64,000 nt of DNA from an uncultured Prochlorococcus sp. (GTDB lineage: Bacteria > Cyanobacteriota > Cyanobacteriia > PCC-6307 > Cyanobiaceae). Positions 36,583 through 46,975 of the stretch are shown piece by piece. The position numbers and the translations under genes were made by a program. Below the pieces are notes generated by a model. It saw only the letters and a list, made by a program, of their open reading frames with translations, was not told where the DNA came from and searched no databases. Location of the stretch: assembly GCA_902587615.1 (NCBI GenBank), contig CACILY010000002.1, positions 1,759 through 65,758 on the forward strand, written 5' to 3'. The first letter of the stretch is position 1; every line of letters starts with the position of its first letter.

Positions 36583-36828
36583 TTAATTTTTTATTATTAT
36601 ATCAAAACCTAGGCTGCTTTTTGTTGTAAGAACTTCTTTTTTAAAGAATCCTCTTCTGAAACAAGATAATAAAATATAGATTGATTGTAAGAATAAAATC
36701 AAAATTGTAATTATAGAAACTATAAAATTATAAATAGTTAAACTTTTGCTTTTATTCCCTTCAATCAATCTTCCATTAGAAGATGAATCTTTGTTCTTAA
36801 TCTTATCTTGAATCGTTGCTTGTTCCAT
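36583..36828 (-). CDS. small membrane hypothetical protein
   Basis: 81-aa ORF with TM helix, co-oriented downstream of PfkB kinase. Confidence 0.6.
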   Translation of the reverse strand: MEQATIQDKIKNKDSSSNGRLIEGNKSKSLTIYNFIVSIITILILFLQSIYILLSCFRRGFFKKEVLTTKSSLGFDIIIKN

Positions 36829-36846
36829 GTCGCAGGAGCAATTTTA

Positions 36847-37704
36847 TTAGTTAATAAAAGGGTATGGTCCAAAATAGCTTGCACATCTTGAGCCGCAATG
36901 GGCACCGATGCTTATTGCTTTACGAAGTTCCACTTTTGCGGCTAACCCAACTGTAACTCCAGCAGCGAAACTATCGCCGCACCCGTAAGCGTCTATCAAA
37001 GGAGAAAATAATTTTTGGGCTTCATATCGACCCCCTGGATAGACTCTTCCTCCTAATTCACCTTCTGTCTCTATGATCACTTTGGCTCGATTTTGAAGTT
37101 CATTATGGTTGATTTGTTCGTCAGGATCTAGGCCACTTCCAATAAGTGCATCAAGTTTTACTTTTGATCCCTTAAGAATTTCAATACCTAATCTGGGAGT
37201 AGCAGTTAATACTTTTGCGGCCCTGCAAGCTTGTATGCATTTTGTATCAGTAGCAGTTAAAAAGACCCCATCAAATGTTGATAATTCATCCCAGGGAAGA
37301 TCGTCTTTGTAAATTGGTTGAAGTCTTTGCCCTATAACAGTTATTGCTCTTTCCCCATTGGGATCTACAAAACTAATACCCTTTCTTGTTGGTTTATCTT
37401 TCCAGGCTATATGAAGACTTAGCCCAAGATTTTCAAGTCTATGCTTGCTTTTCTCACCGATCTCATCTCTTCCAAGTGCTGTAAAAAAATGAACATCTCT
37501 ATTTGTCAAATTTCTCATTTGTACGGCTGCAACTGCACCACCTCCCGCAGGCTCTTCTATATATTTTTTAGAATGTGAAATTCTTCCTTCTTTTGGAAGA
37601 TTATCTACTTTTATGAAGGTCACCCATTCCACATGGCCTATAACAGCAAGCTTTAATTTTGGCAGGTCTGAAAATTCGTTTAAATCCAAATTCTTCATGA
37701 TCAA
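36847..37704 (-). CDS. PfkB family carbohydrate kinase
   Basis: PAGGGAVAA and DAYGCGDSFAAG PfkB signatures. Confidence 0.92.
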   Translation of the reverse strand: MIMKNLDLNEFSDLPKLKLAVIGHVEWVTFIKVDNLPKEGRISHSKKYIEEPAGGGAVAAVQMRNLTNRDVHFFTALGRDEIGEKSKHRLENLGLSLHIAWKDKPTRKGISFVDPNGERAITVIGQRLQPIYKDDLPWDELSTFDGVFLTATDTKCIQACRAAKVLTATPRLGIEILKGSKVKLDALIGSGLDPDEQINHNELQNRAKVIIETEGELGGRVYPGGRYEAQKLFSPLIDAYGCGDSFAAGVTVGLAAKVELRKAISIGAHCGSRCASYFGPYPFIN

Positions 37705-37848
37705 TTTAATCCCTTTTTTAGGGTCAAGTTTTATTCTGATTAAAGAGTTAGCTCACTTAAGAATTTGTTTTACTATCTTCTTAAAGGGTAATAATTTTTA
37801 AAGATTTAATTGTAAAATGTCTTTCTAAATTCATTAGATTATATTTTT

Positions 37849-38214
37849 TTGAATGTTATGAACTTTCTCTCTCGTCATTCTATTGCTTGGGTTTATTTTG
37901 GTTTTGCTATAGCTGGAGCCATTCTTCCTACTCTGGCGAATATTGAGTTTATGAAATTGTATGGGCCAGGTTTTGAAATAGATAAATTCATTACATTAGC
38001 TAATGCTAATCCAGCTGCTAGTTCTTTATCTAGAGATCTTTTAATAAGTTCGGGTGCTATGTTTATTTGGATAATAAATGAGTCTAGAAGACTCAATATG
38101 AAAAACCTTTGGATTGTTATAGTAGGTACTTTTATTATCGCTTTTGCATTTTCTGGACCATTATTCCTCTTTTTAAGAGAAAGAAGATTATTAGAAATAG
38201 AAAATAATAATTGA
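37849..38214 (+). CDS. DUF2834 domain membrane protein
   Basis: ANPAASSLSRDL, ESRRL.MK, PLFLFLRER. Confidence 0.8.
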   Translation: MNVMNFLSRHSIAWVYFGFAIAGAILPTLANIEFMKLYGPGFEIDKFITLANANPAASSLSRDLLISSGAMFIWIINESRRLNMKNLWIVIVGTFIIAFAFSGPLFLFLRERRLLEIENNN

Positions 38215-38238
38215 ACTTATTCAGTATTCCTATAATGA

Positions 38239-39471
38239 TTAATTCATTCTTTTTATTAATAAAAATGCTGGGATGGAAATTATAAACATTATTAACCATA
38301 AAAGATATCCACTTCCATAGCTTTCAATAATAATTCCAGATATTAATGGAGAAATCAATGCACTAATACCAAATACCTGAGAGTACATAGCCATAGCAAT
38401 TCCTCTGTTTGATAAAGGCACTATTTTTATGATCGCTTCTGTCGCTGTTGGAAGAAATGCCGTTAAGCCTATCGCAATAGGTATCAAAGATAATAATGCT
38501 AAATATAAACCATTTGTAAAAATGCTAGAGATAGAGAGTGTTAAACATCCTAATCCTAGGCAAATTATGCTTAGTTTAAGACTGAATTCTAGATTCTTAT
38601 GACTTAGCCAATTACCAATTGGCCATTGAAATATAAGTAATAATATTAATTGAATAGCTATTATTAAACCACTAAGAGTTTCTTGTAATTCAGGCCTATT
38701 AATACCTCCTTTGACTAGATCTAAAGGCAGACCACTTTGTAACAATGAAAGCATACCAGTACAAAATAAACTTAGAATTAAAAGTCTTATTAATTTATTC
38801 ACCCAGACATTATTTGTATTCAATGTAGATTTAAATTTTAAAAATCTTTGTATAGTAGATTTCTTGACTTCGCTTTTTTCGATTACCTGTGATAGCTTTT
38901 CGTATCTTAGTAATTTTAAAAGAATTAACATGCAAATTATATCTATTACATAGATTAATCGAATAGCCCCAAGCGATGATGCAATGGTTCCAATTAGTGC
39001 ACCAATGCTTATTCCTAAAGCATCTGCACTTCGAGCAAGAGCAAATGCTTTACTTGTTGAGAATCGATCTTCGCAGCTAATTGGTATTGTCATTTCCACA
39101 GAAGGCCAGTAGATACCAGCTGATGTTCCTAATAGAATTTGCCCCTGTACATAACTGTTAAAGTCTTGGGATAAAAGAAGATTTATATCAGCTAGAACTA
39201 CTAAAAGTGCAGCGATTTTTATGGGTGTAGAACAATTGATTCCTTTATCTAAAAAAATACCAGTTATAAATCTTGAAATAGTCCCCGCTAAAGCAGCGCA
39301 AGTTATCCCTATTCCTATTTCTGTAGGAGATAAACCTAAGCCATTAAACACTAAGGGGCTTAAATAAAGAACACCTCCTGCGCCTATGGAAGCCCATAGG
39401 CGTGCTTGACTAACTACTTGAAGCTTTTTGGGAAATTGATCCCACCACTTTTGGGGAATTTTCTTTGACAT
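38239..39471 (-). CDS. MFS transporter
   Basis: About 12 TM helices, 410 aa, RGIAMAMYS...SPLISG. Confidence 0.88.
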   Translation of the reverse strand: MSKKIPQKWWDQFPKKLQVVSQARLWASIGAGGVLYLSPLVFNGLGLSPTEIGIGITCAALAGTISRFITGIFLDKGINCSTPIKIAALLVVLADINLLLSQDFNSYVQGQILLGTSAGIYWPSVEMTIPISCEDRFSTSKAFALARSADALGISIGALIGTIASSLGAIRLIYVIDIICMLILLKLLRYEKLSQVIEKSEVKKSTIQRFLKFKSTLNTNNVWVNKLIRLLILSLFCTGMLSLLQSGLPLDLVKGGINRPELQETLSGLIIAIQLILLLIFQWPIGNWLSHKNLEFSLKLSIICLGLGCLTLSISSIFTNGLYLALLSLIPIAIGLTAFLPTATEAIIKIVPLSNRGIAMAMYSQVFGISALISPLISGIIIESYGSGYLLWLIMFIISIPAFLLIKRMN

Positions 39472-41060
39472 TACAGAGCTTACGTAAAAGATTAATAGCT
39501 CTTGGGCTTATCAGTGGCCTCTTGACAGGTTTTAGTAGCGATTATTTTATTCATGCGGCGGAAAGATTTGAACTTCATTTTGAAGATATGTCGATTCCTA
39601 TATCCATAGAGGAGTTGAATGATTGGGCTAATGACACTGAAGCATCACGAGATTCTGAGCTCTCTAATTGGTTGAATTTACTTGGCTTTAAAAGCAGAGT
39701 TGGTCTAGTTAAATTTTTTCAAACACCGTTTATAAAAGATAAGGAAATGTCTCTGCAACTTCTTAGAAGTTGGTTTGGCCGCAAGATGCTAGATGAAATT
39801 AGCGATCTAATCAGGCTAGATGAAGATACATCTGGAATAACCGTTGCTAATACTTTGGAGACCTTGCTTACAAGCAAAGAAGAAGTAACTCTTTTAGACC
39901 TTGTTCAGTCAATACCAGTTGAAGTAATTCATCTTGATTTAGATGGAATGGTCAAAGTGGCAAATAGTTGGAGAAAAGAAATAAGTCAACAAGAAGAACT
40001 ATTATCGAATTTGGCTGGTCTTAATTTACAGTCTAAAATATCAAGAAAAGAAGAAATTTTATCCAATGAATTACAAGAGTCTAATTATGAATTATTTGAA
40101 TTAGAAGTTACACATCGTTCAGAGCCTTTGAGCATTGAAATATGGAGTCCATATTTAAGAGAGAGAAAAAGATCAAGTTGGATAGTTTTTATGCCTGGTT
40201 TAGGTGGGGATAGAGAACATTTCCGTTGGTTGTCAAGAAGTCTTGCTCATAATGGATGGCCTATTGTTTTACTTGACCATCCAGGCAGTAATTCAGACTC
40301 ATTAAAGGCCCTTTTGGAAGGGAAGCTTCCTGCTCCAGGATTGGAAGTTATACCTGATCGTCTGGCTGATATTCGGGAAGTACTTAGAGCTAAAGATAAA
40401 GGAATTTTCGATATAGATTCAGAAGACTTGATTCTTATGGGGCATTCACTTGGCTCTTTAACTGCTTTCTTATCATCAGGTGAATTTCCTCAGCAAAACT
40501 TAGATAGTCGATGCGAAAAATCTCTTGATAACTTCTCAATAACTAATCTTTCTGCAATACTTCAATGTCAAATTGTTGATTTTGAACTTCAACCTCAACC
40601 AAAACTTAAAGATTTAAAAGCAATTGTGGGACTTAATAGTTTTGGAAGCTTGCTTTGGCCAACATCTTCAGTTATGCAAATAGACATACCTGTTTTTTTA
40701 ACCGGCGGAACATTTGATTTGATTACACCTGCTATTACTGAGCAACTTCAATTCTTAATGGCAACAAAACCTAATCCGCTAAGTAGAATCTTACTTATAG
40801 AGGGAGCTAGTCATTTTTCACCCATCAGGGTCAAAGGCCAATTAAATCAATCAACTGGTAAAGATGTATTTCAAATAGGAGAATCTTTTGTTGGATTTCA
40901 CCCTCTATCTGTACAGAGCTTATTAGCAGAAAAGATAGTTAACTTCTTAGATAAACTAGAAGAAGGTGAAAGTGTTTATATATCAACTAACCAAGTAAAA
41001 GATGGCTTAAAATTTCATATATTAGATAGATCTATAGTGAAAAAACTTATAGCTAATTAA
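39465..41060 (+). CDS. alpha/beta hydrolase with N-terminal DUF1400
   Basis: MPGLGG, DHPGS, GHSLG nucleophile elbow, GASHFS. Confidence 0.88.
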   Translation: MTLQSLRKRLIALGLISGLLTGFSSDYFIHAAERFELHFEDMSIPISIEELNDWANDTEASRDSELSNWLNLLGFKSRVGLVKFFQTPFIKDKEMSLQLLRSWFGRKMLDEISDLIRLDEDTSGITVANTLETLLTSKEEVTLLDLVQSIPVEVIHLDLDGMVKVANSWRKEISQQEELLSNLAGLNLQSKISRKEEILSNELQESNYELFELEVTHRSEPLSIEIWSPYLRERKRSSWIVFMPGLGGDREHFRWLSRSLAHNGWPIVLLDHPGSNSDSLKALLEGKLPAPGLEVIPDRLADIREVLRAKDKGIFDIDSEDLILMGHSLGSLTAFLSSGEFPQQNLDSRCEKSLDNFSITNLSAILQCQIVDFELQPQPKLKDLKAIVGLNSFGSLLWPTSSVMQIDIPVFLTGGTFDLITPAITEQLQFLMATKPNPLSRILLIEGASHFSPIRVKGQLNQSTGKDVFQIGESFVGFHPLSVQSLLAEKIVNFLDKLEEGESVYISTNQVKDGLKFHILDRSIVKKLIAN

Positions 41061-42076
41061 TAACGTACTCGGGGATCTACATATGCTATTATCATATCTA
41101 CTGTTAAACTAATTAATACCATTAGACTTGATATTACTACAACTATTCCTTGAACAACTGTATAATCTCTTTGATTTATTGCTTCCTGAAGGTTTAAAGC
41201 TATTCCAGGCCAAGAAAAGGTTACTTCAATAAGAAGGGCTCCTCCAACAAGAGATGCAATTGTTAGGCCTGTAATTGTAAGAATGGGCAGTAATGCATTT
41301 GGTAATGCGTGATTGACAATAATTCTAGATTTACTTATCCCTCTACTTCTAGCCGCCTCTACAAAAGGTGAATCAAGTTGTTGTTCTAGATTAAGTCTTA
41401 GTGATCTGCTAAATATTCCACTTAGTAGAATTCCAAGAGTACTAGCTGGCAATAGAATATGTCTTATAGCTCCTTGAAGTGATATTAAATCTCTATTTAA
41501 AATGCTATCTATCAAGAGAAAACCTGTAATATTAGGCTCTGTTAAAGTGGGAGGGAACCTACCCCCAATGGGAAGCCAGCCTAGAGTTACTGCAAATATT
41601 AATTGGACAATCATTGCTGCCCAAAATGGTGGTATCGCGTAGGTACTGATTCCATAAACTCGTCCTATTAAATCAGTCCTTTTATTTCGATTTGAGATTC
41701 CTTGAAATCCAACAATTATTCCAATTAAAATAGCTATAACTAATGCACAAAAACTTAGTTCGATACTTGCAGGTAAAGATCGTAAAATAATCTCACTTAC
41801 GGGCTCTTGAGTTGTTAATGACTTGCCTAAATCACCATTTAGTAGGTTTAATATAAAAATTAGATATTGTTTTATCAAAGGCAAATCTAGACCAAGTTTT
41901 GCTCTTAATGCTTCCCTTGCTACTTCATTAGCTCGATTTCCAAGAATCGCATCTACTGGATCTCCTGGGGCAATTCTTAGTAAGACAAAAACTAAGCTTG
42001 AAATCAACCAAATCATTAATGGTGCTATTGCAAGCCTGGAGGCTAAATATTTAAATAAAGCGCGTTGTCTATTCAC
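41057..42076 (-). CDS. dppB: peptide/nickel ABC transporter permease
   Basis: APGDPV, GDLGKS, FVEAARSRG (EAA motif), IEVTFSWPG, RDYTVVQG, DPRVRY. Confidence 0.9.
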   Translation of the reverse strand: MNRQRALFKYLASRLAIAPLMIWLISSLVFVLLRIAPGDPVDAILGNRANEVAREALRAKLGLDLPLIKQYLIFILNLLNGDLGKSLTTQEPVSEIILRSLPASIELSFCALVIAILIGIIVGFQGISNRNKRTDLIGRVYGISTYAIPPFWAAMIVQLIFAVTLGWLPIGGRFPPTLTEPNITGFLLIDSILNRDLISLQGAIRHILLPASTLGILLSGIFSRSLRLNLEQQLDSPFVEAARSRGISKSRIIVNHALPNALLPILTITGLTIASLVGGALLIEVTFSWPGIALNLQEAINQRDYTVVQGIVVVISSLMVLISLTVDMIIAYVDPRVRY

Positions 42077-43731
42077 TCAACTTGCTTCTTTATTCGATCA
42101 AGAAGTAAAAGGCCACTCCCATCAAATTCTGGCTTGCTTATATTTAATTGAGCCCATGCCCTTGGCTTCACTAGCCAAACTGGAAGATAGGCAGCTCCTT
42201 TTAGTGCATATTGCTCTACTTCTTTTAAATCTTGTAATCGATTAAATCCTTGATTCTTTTCTGATTGATTTAAACCTTGTTGAACTTCATGAGAGCCCCA
42301 AAAACTTCCACTTATTACGGCTTCTCCAGATAAACATTTGTCTTTGATTATTTCTTCACAGCTTAAAAGAGGAGAAAGGTATGCCTCTGCATCAGGATAA
42401 GCACCTGTCCAATCAAGAATTACTGCCGAATAAACACCTTCTGATAATTGTTTATAAACAGTGGTTGATTCAACGCCATTTAATTCTAATATCATGCAAT
42501 CTGACAAATCTCTTTTTATTTGTTCTTGCCAAATTAATGCTAATAATTTATCTGCTGGCACATTTGATCTAAATGTTAAAGGAATTTCCAGCTTTTTTTT
42601 AGAGCAATACCCTGATGATTGTAATAACTCTCTGGCTATTTGAGGATTGTATTCAGGCCAAAGATTTTTATTATCTTTATTTAATATAGGTGGGACAATA
42701 GATCTTAATGGTTCTCTTAGTCCAAAACTCACTTTTTTAGTAATAAGTTTTCTATTTAGAGAGTAAGAAAGAGCCTGCCTAATTAATTTATTGTTAAGTG
42801 GTTCAGAATTAGTTTTGAAAGTTATATAACCAATTTCCATTGCAGGTCCTTCTCCCTCAAGAAGTTTTCCTTGTTGAGACATTCTGTTCAATGCAAGTCG
42901 ATGTCCATCTTCAACTGAGTTTGATAGGAGCAGGTCTACTTCACCACTTTTAATAGCTCCAAAAAGAGATGATGAATTAATAAAGTTTATGTAGTCAATT
43001 CCTTCGTTTTGTGGTGATTTTTCCCAGTAAGAATCAAAGGGCTCAATTCGTTGTTTTTCTGGTTGAAAACTTATTAATTTATATGGTCCTGTACCTATAA
43101 ATTTTTTGTTGAGAAATACATCCTTGTGATTAGCGTATGCAGTGGGTGAAATGGGAGTAAGGTTTATTGAAGTCAGTAAACCATTTATTGAAGAAGAAGG
43201 CTTAGTTAGATGTATTCGAAGCAGGTAACTACTCGGAGTCTCTATATCTTTTATTCTGTCCGATATAACATAACTCTGCGTTCCTATCTTCATAAATCTT
43301 TTAAGGCTGAATTCCATAGCTTTTGCATTGAAAATTGTTCCATCATGGAAAAGTACACCTTCTCTAAGGGGAATATCTATAGTTAAACCATTATTAAAAA
43401 CCTTTGGTTTCTCTTTTGCAAGCTTAGGAATTAGATTCCCTTCGTAATCAATTCTGTAAAGAGGATCTCCTAATGCACTGATAAGTTGAAGAGCTCTTAA
43501 TGTACTTGCTTGGGCTGGATCTAATGAATCAATCTTACCAGCGCTAGCAATAATTATTCTGTTTTGTTTTTTTACTGGAGAGCAGCTGAGTTGAGTAATT
43601 GATAGAATGAATATTGTCAATAATTTCAGAAGATATGAGTAACTCTTTTTTTTATAATAACTATCAACTTTTGTTTTTATCTCTCTAGGATCATTTTTCC
43701 TTGAATCCATTTTAATTTGTAGAGATAACAA
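42073..43731 (-). CDS. dppA: peptide ABC transporter substrate-binding lipoprotein
   Basis: Lipobox LSC, SLDPA, FHDGT.FNA, IGTGPY; true start probably downstream of 43731. Confidence 0.9.
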   Translation of the reverse strand: MLSLQIKMDSRKNDPREIKTKVDSYYKKKSYSYLLKLLTIFILSITQLSCSPVKKQNRIIIASAGKIDSLDPAQASTLRALQLISALGDPLYRIDYEGNLIPKLAKEKPKVFNNGLTIDIPLREGVLFHDGTIFNAKAMEFSLKRFMKIGTQSYVISDRIKDIETPSSYLLRIHLTKPSSSINGLLTSINLTPISPTAYANHKDVFLNKKFIGTGPYKLISFQPEKQRIEPFDSYWEKSPQNEGIDYINFINSSSLFGAIKSGEVDLLLSNSVEDGHRLALNRMSQQGKLLEGEGPAMEIGYITFKTNSEPLNNKLIRQALSYSLNRKLITKKVSFGLREPLRSIVPPILNKDNKNLWPEYNPQIARELLQSSGYCSKKKLEIPLTFRSNVPADKLLALIWQEQIKRDLSDCMILELNGVESTTVYKQLSEGVYSAVILDWTGAYPDAEAYLSPLLSCEEIIKDKCLSGEAVISGSFWGSHEVQQGLNQSEKNQGFNRLQDLKEVEQYALKGAAYLPVWLVKPRAWAQLNISKPEFDGSGLLLLDRIKKQVE

Positions 43732-43912
43732 TTTGCTTCATGGAAATTTCATAAACTGGCGAGCCATTTTTAACCATTGGCCAATCTCTAACCCAGCATC
43801 TTTGATGCAGGTCATCTATTCCTAATACTTGAAAAAGCCTTTTATCATTAATCAGCCGTACGCAATCTCCTTGATGTATTGATTGCTTGCTTTTATTTAT
43901 ATTTGCCTTCAT
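43712..43912 (-). CDS. small hypothetical protein
   Basis: FQVLGIDD...RCWVRDWP motif; co-oriented with hom and dppA. Confidence 0.75.
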   Translation of the reverse strand: MKANINKSKQSIHQGDCVRLINDKRLFQVLGIDDLHQRCWVRDWPMVKNGSPVYEISMKQIVISTN

Positions 43913-44040
43913 TAGAATGGGTCTAAATTAATAAAGAAGGTTTATAAAAGAATCAGGTCGTCTAACCTAATTCTTTTAAGTAATTATATTTAAGTTTATA
44001 AATAGCAATTTTAGTCACTTTTAGCCACAATTACCGGGAT

Positions 44041-45375
44041 TTAAAGACAACCCATATGAGCCTCTACGCTTTTGACTTCAGTCAATTCTCGGATGCTTAA
44101 AAGAGAGTTTGAGATAGCTCCTTTTTTGACTTGATGAGTAATTACAACTATCTCAGCCCCAATATCATTTGCATCAAATTGAACTATTGACTGAATAGAG
44201 ACATCATTATCTCCGAAGATACTTCCGATTTTGCCAATTACGCCTGGACTGTCTTCAGTTATTAATCGGACATAATTCTTTTGCAGTATTTCCCTTTCCT
44301 CTACTAAATGGCAGTCTCTCCAGTAGGCCGCGGACAGTAATGGGTCTAATGAATTCAGTGAATTATTCAATACTTGCACTCCTGCAATATTTAATATATC
44401 CGCTACAACTGCTGATGCTGTTGGACCTGCGCCTGCACCAGGTCCATAAAACATAACCTCCCCTATTGGATCGCCATCTATCAGGATTGCGTTATTTACT
44501 CCATTTACACCATATAAAGGATGTTCTTTTGGAACTAAGGTTGGCTCAACGCATAAAGCTAAGGGTAGAGAGGAGGCTGTTTCTTTGTTGTCTCCAATGG
44601 CTGTTGCTATTGCAAGGAGTTTTATTCCATAACCAAGTTTATTAGCGTAAGTAATGTCTTGGCTTTGAAGTTTATTTATACCTTTTGTTGGAATCCGTTC
44701 TCGATTTATTGCACCACCAAAAGCTAGTCCACTTAATATTGCAATCTTATCTGCAGCATCTTGTCCTTCAACATCGGCTGCGGGATCTGCCTCTGCATAG
44801 CCTAGTTCTTGAGCATCTTTCAAGACTTCTTGATAGTCAGAGCCATCTTTTGACATTCGACTAAGAATGTAATTTGTTGTTCCATTTATGATTCCACTAA
44901 CTTGTGTGATTCTGTTAGCTCCAAGTGATTGTTTTAGCGGCTCTATAATTGGGATCCCTCCTCCTACTGCTGCTTCAATAAGTACATATACCCCAGCATC
45001 ATTAGCCGCTTTGGCAATCTCTTCACCATGTCTGGCTATAAGGGCCTTGTTTGCAGTTACTACGGATTTTCCTGATGAAATAGCTCGAAGTATCAATTCT
45101 CTTGCTGGTTCTATTCCTCCAATAACTTCAACTATTATTTGAATAGAGTCATCATCAACAACTTCAAGTGCACTTTGGGTTAAAAGAGATTCAGGGATAG
45201 AAATGCAACGTTTTTTGGAGGTATCTTGAACTGCGATACGAACCAATTCGATATCTGAGACAAGTGGATTTCGTCCTTTGGCTGTTTGAAGAATCTCCGC
45301 AACTCCTGTCCCTACTGTTCCAAGGCCTAAAAGCCCGACTTTAATTTTTTTTTTCATAATTTCTGACTCAGTCAT
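44041..45375 (-). CDS. hom: homoserine dehydrogenase
   Basis: GLGTVG, VTANKA, EAAVGGGIP, NGTTNYIL, GYAEADP, C-terminal ACT domain. Confidence 0.96.
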   Translation of the reverse strand: MTESEIMKKKIKVGLLGLGTVGTGVAEILQTAKGRNPLVSDIELVRIAVQDTSKKRCISIPESLLTQSALEVVDDDSIQIIVEVIGGIEPARELILRAISSGKSVVTANKALIARHGEEIAKAANDAGVYVLIEAAVGGGIPIIEPLKQSLGANRITQVSGIINGTTNYILSRMSKDGSDYQEVLKDAQELGYAEADPAADVEGQDAADKIAILSGLAFGGAINRERIPTKGINKLQSQDITYANKLGYGIKLLAIATAIGDNKETASSLPLALCVEPTLVPKEHPLYGVNGVNNAILIDGDPIGEVMFYGPGAGAGPTASAVVADILNIAGVQVLNNSLNSLDPLLSAAYWRDCHLVEEREILQKNYVRLITEDSPGVIGKIGSIFGDNDVSIQSIVQFDANDIGAEIVVITHQVKKGAISNSLLSIRELTEVKSVEAHMGCL

Positions 45376-45377
45376 AT

Positions 45378-45851
45378 TTAGGATTTATTTAATGGAGAGG
45401 AGGTCCCTTCCCAAAGATGGTGTGCCTGCGATTTCATATTTAGAAGAATATTTAAAAATCCATTAGCTCTTGAAGGTGTAAGACTAGTTTGCAGACCAGT
45501 CTCTTTAATGAAACCCTCATCAATATTTAGCACTTCTTGAGGTGAAAGATTATTTAAACCTTCTATCAATAGAGATAAGAGACCCTTAGTTATTAGGGCA
45601 TCTGAATAGCCGCTCCAATGAATTTTTCCATTTGATAGCTCACCAAGTATATAAACTTCTGAGATACATCCCTTTACTTTAAGTTCTTTGAGGTGTTTTT
45701 CTTTTGGAAGAGTAGGGAGTTTTTTAGATAGCCAAAGAACGTATTCATATCTTCTTTTAGGATCAGTTGTTCCTTTTAGTCTTGATACTATTTTATCTAG
45801 GGAATGACTTCCAAAACTTTTGTTTTGGGGAGGTAGAGTTTGCTCAGTCAT
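45378..45851 (-). CDS. sufE: SufE family Fe-S assembly protein
   Basis: VKGCISEV, SDALITKG, LTPSRANGF. Confidence 0.93.
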   Translation of the reverse strand: MTEQTLPPQNKSFGSHSLDKIVSRLKGTTDPKRRYEYVLWLSKKLPTLPKEKHLKELKVKGCISEVYILGELSNGKIHWSGYSDALITKGLLSLLIEGLNNLSPQEVLNIDEGFIKETGLQTSLTPSRANGFLNILLNMKSQAHHLWEGTSSPLNKS

Positions 45852-45900
45852 AAAATGAACTCCTATGAATAATTTATAGGATGATGAATCAATTAATTAG

Positions 45901-46470
45901 CTAATTTGTCATGCATTCTCCATCTTCAGTAATCCAGCTTTTAAATGGAATATCCCAAGGATCTCTTGGTAAAGGTATATCTGAAACGCAGCATTTGGGA
46001 AGTACAACAAAAGATGAAATTGATCTCCATAGTTTATCTCTTCTTAGTCTGTCATAAAATCCTCCCCCATTGCCTAATCGAACACCTTGCTTGTCAATCG
46101 CAATGGCAGGAATAAATAAAGTTGAAATATCACTAGGCTCTAGAGCTTGTTGAGTTAGTGGGGCTGGGATGCCACAAGCATCCTTTTGAAGATCATTGTC
46201 AGTCCAAGGACGATAAATAATTTCTCCTTGTTGATTGCAGCTTGGTAGTGCTAACCGAACATCTAAGTTGTATCTCAAGGACCTTAAATCAATTTCTCCA
46301 TTTAAAGGCCAATAAATTCCTATATACATTTTTGGTGATTCAAGTTTTAGTCTCCTCTTTAAAACATCTTTTACTTTTTCTAGAATTATTTTTTCAACAT
46401 TCACTAATTCTTTAAGCCTCTTTTGATGATATTTCTTTCTTTGAATAGGCTTTTTATTTTTAAATTTCAT
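45901..46470 (-). CDS. 5-formyltetrahydrofolate cyclo-ligase
   Basis: YWPLNGEID, PAIAID..GVRLGNGGGFYDR, PWDIP. Confidence 0.92.
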   Translation of the reverse strand: MKFKNKKPIQRKKYHQKRLKELVNVEKIILEKVKDVLKRRLKLESPKMYIGIYWPLNGEIDLRSLRYNLDVRLALPSCNQQGEIIYRPWTDNDLQKDACGIPAPLTQQALEPSDISTLFIPAIAIDKQGVRLGNGGGFYDRLRRDKLWRSISSFVVLPKCCVSDIPLPRDPWDIPFKSWITEDGECMTN

Positions 46471-46510
46471 AGTTAATTTAGCAGATCTAACTTCTCATAA
46501 GAAAAATAAT

Positions 46511-46972
46511 TTATTGAAATAAGCCAGTAAGGGCAATAGCTAAGGCATCAGCTGCATCATCTGGTTTGGGTGGATTCTCTAAAATTAATTCTCGCATTAC
46601 AGCTTCTAGGACTTCCTGCTTATTTGCTTTCCCTGATCCTGCGATTGCTAGTTTTATTTGCATTGGTGGGAACTCCTTTATTGGAATTTTTAATTTTGCT
46701 AGTGTCATGATTATTACCCCTCGAGCTTGAACGACACTTATTGTGGTGCTAGAGCGGTAAAAAAAGAATTTTTCTACAGCTGCAATATCAGGTTTCCATT
46801 TAATGATTAACTCATTTAAATCGTTAACTATTTCAACTAAGCGTGTTCCTTCGCTCTGATTTTTTTCGGTGGAAATAATTCCACAATCCAGCATTTTTTG
46901 ATGGCCATTAATTGAGTCGATTAGTCCATATCCAACCCTGGCTAATCCTGGATCAATTCCGATTATTCTCAA
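46511..46972 (-). CDS. ruvC: Holliday junction resolvase RuvC
   Basis: [35 protein letters not shown]. Confidence 0.96.
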   Translation of the reverse strand: MRIIGIDPGLARVGYGLIDSINGHQKMLDCGIISTEKNQSEGTRLVEIVNDLNELIIKWKPDIAAVEKFFFYRSSTTISVVQARGVIIMTLAKLKIPIKEFPPMQIKLAIAGSGKANKQEVLEAVMRELILENPPKPDDAADALAIALTGLFQ

Positions 46973-46975
46973 GTT

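Noticed and set aside
46511-46972. RuvC-fold nuclease as a mobile or defence effector
   Set aside because: Canonical short housekeeping RuvC in core context next to chlI
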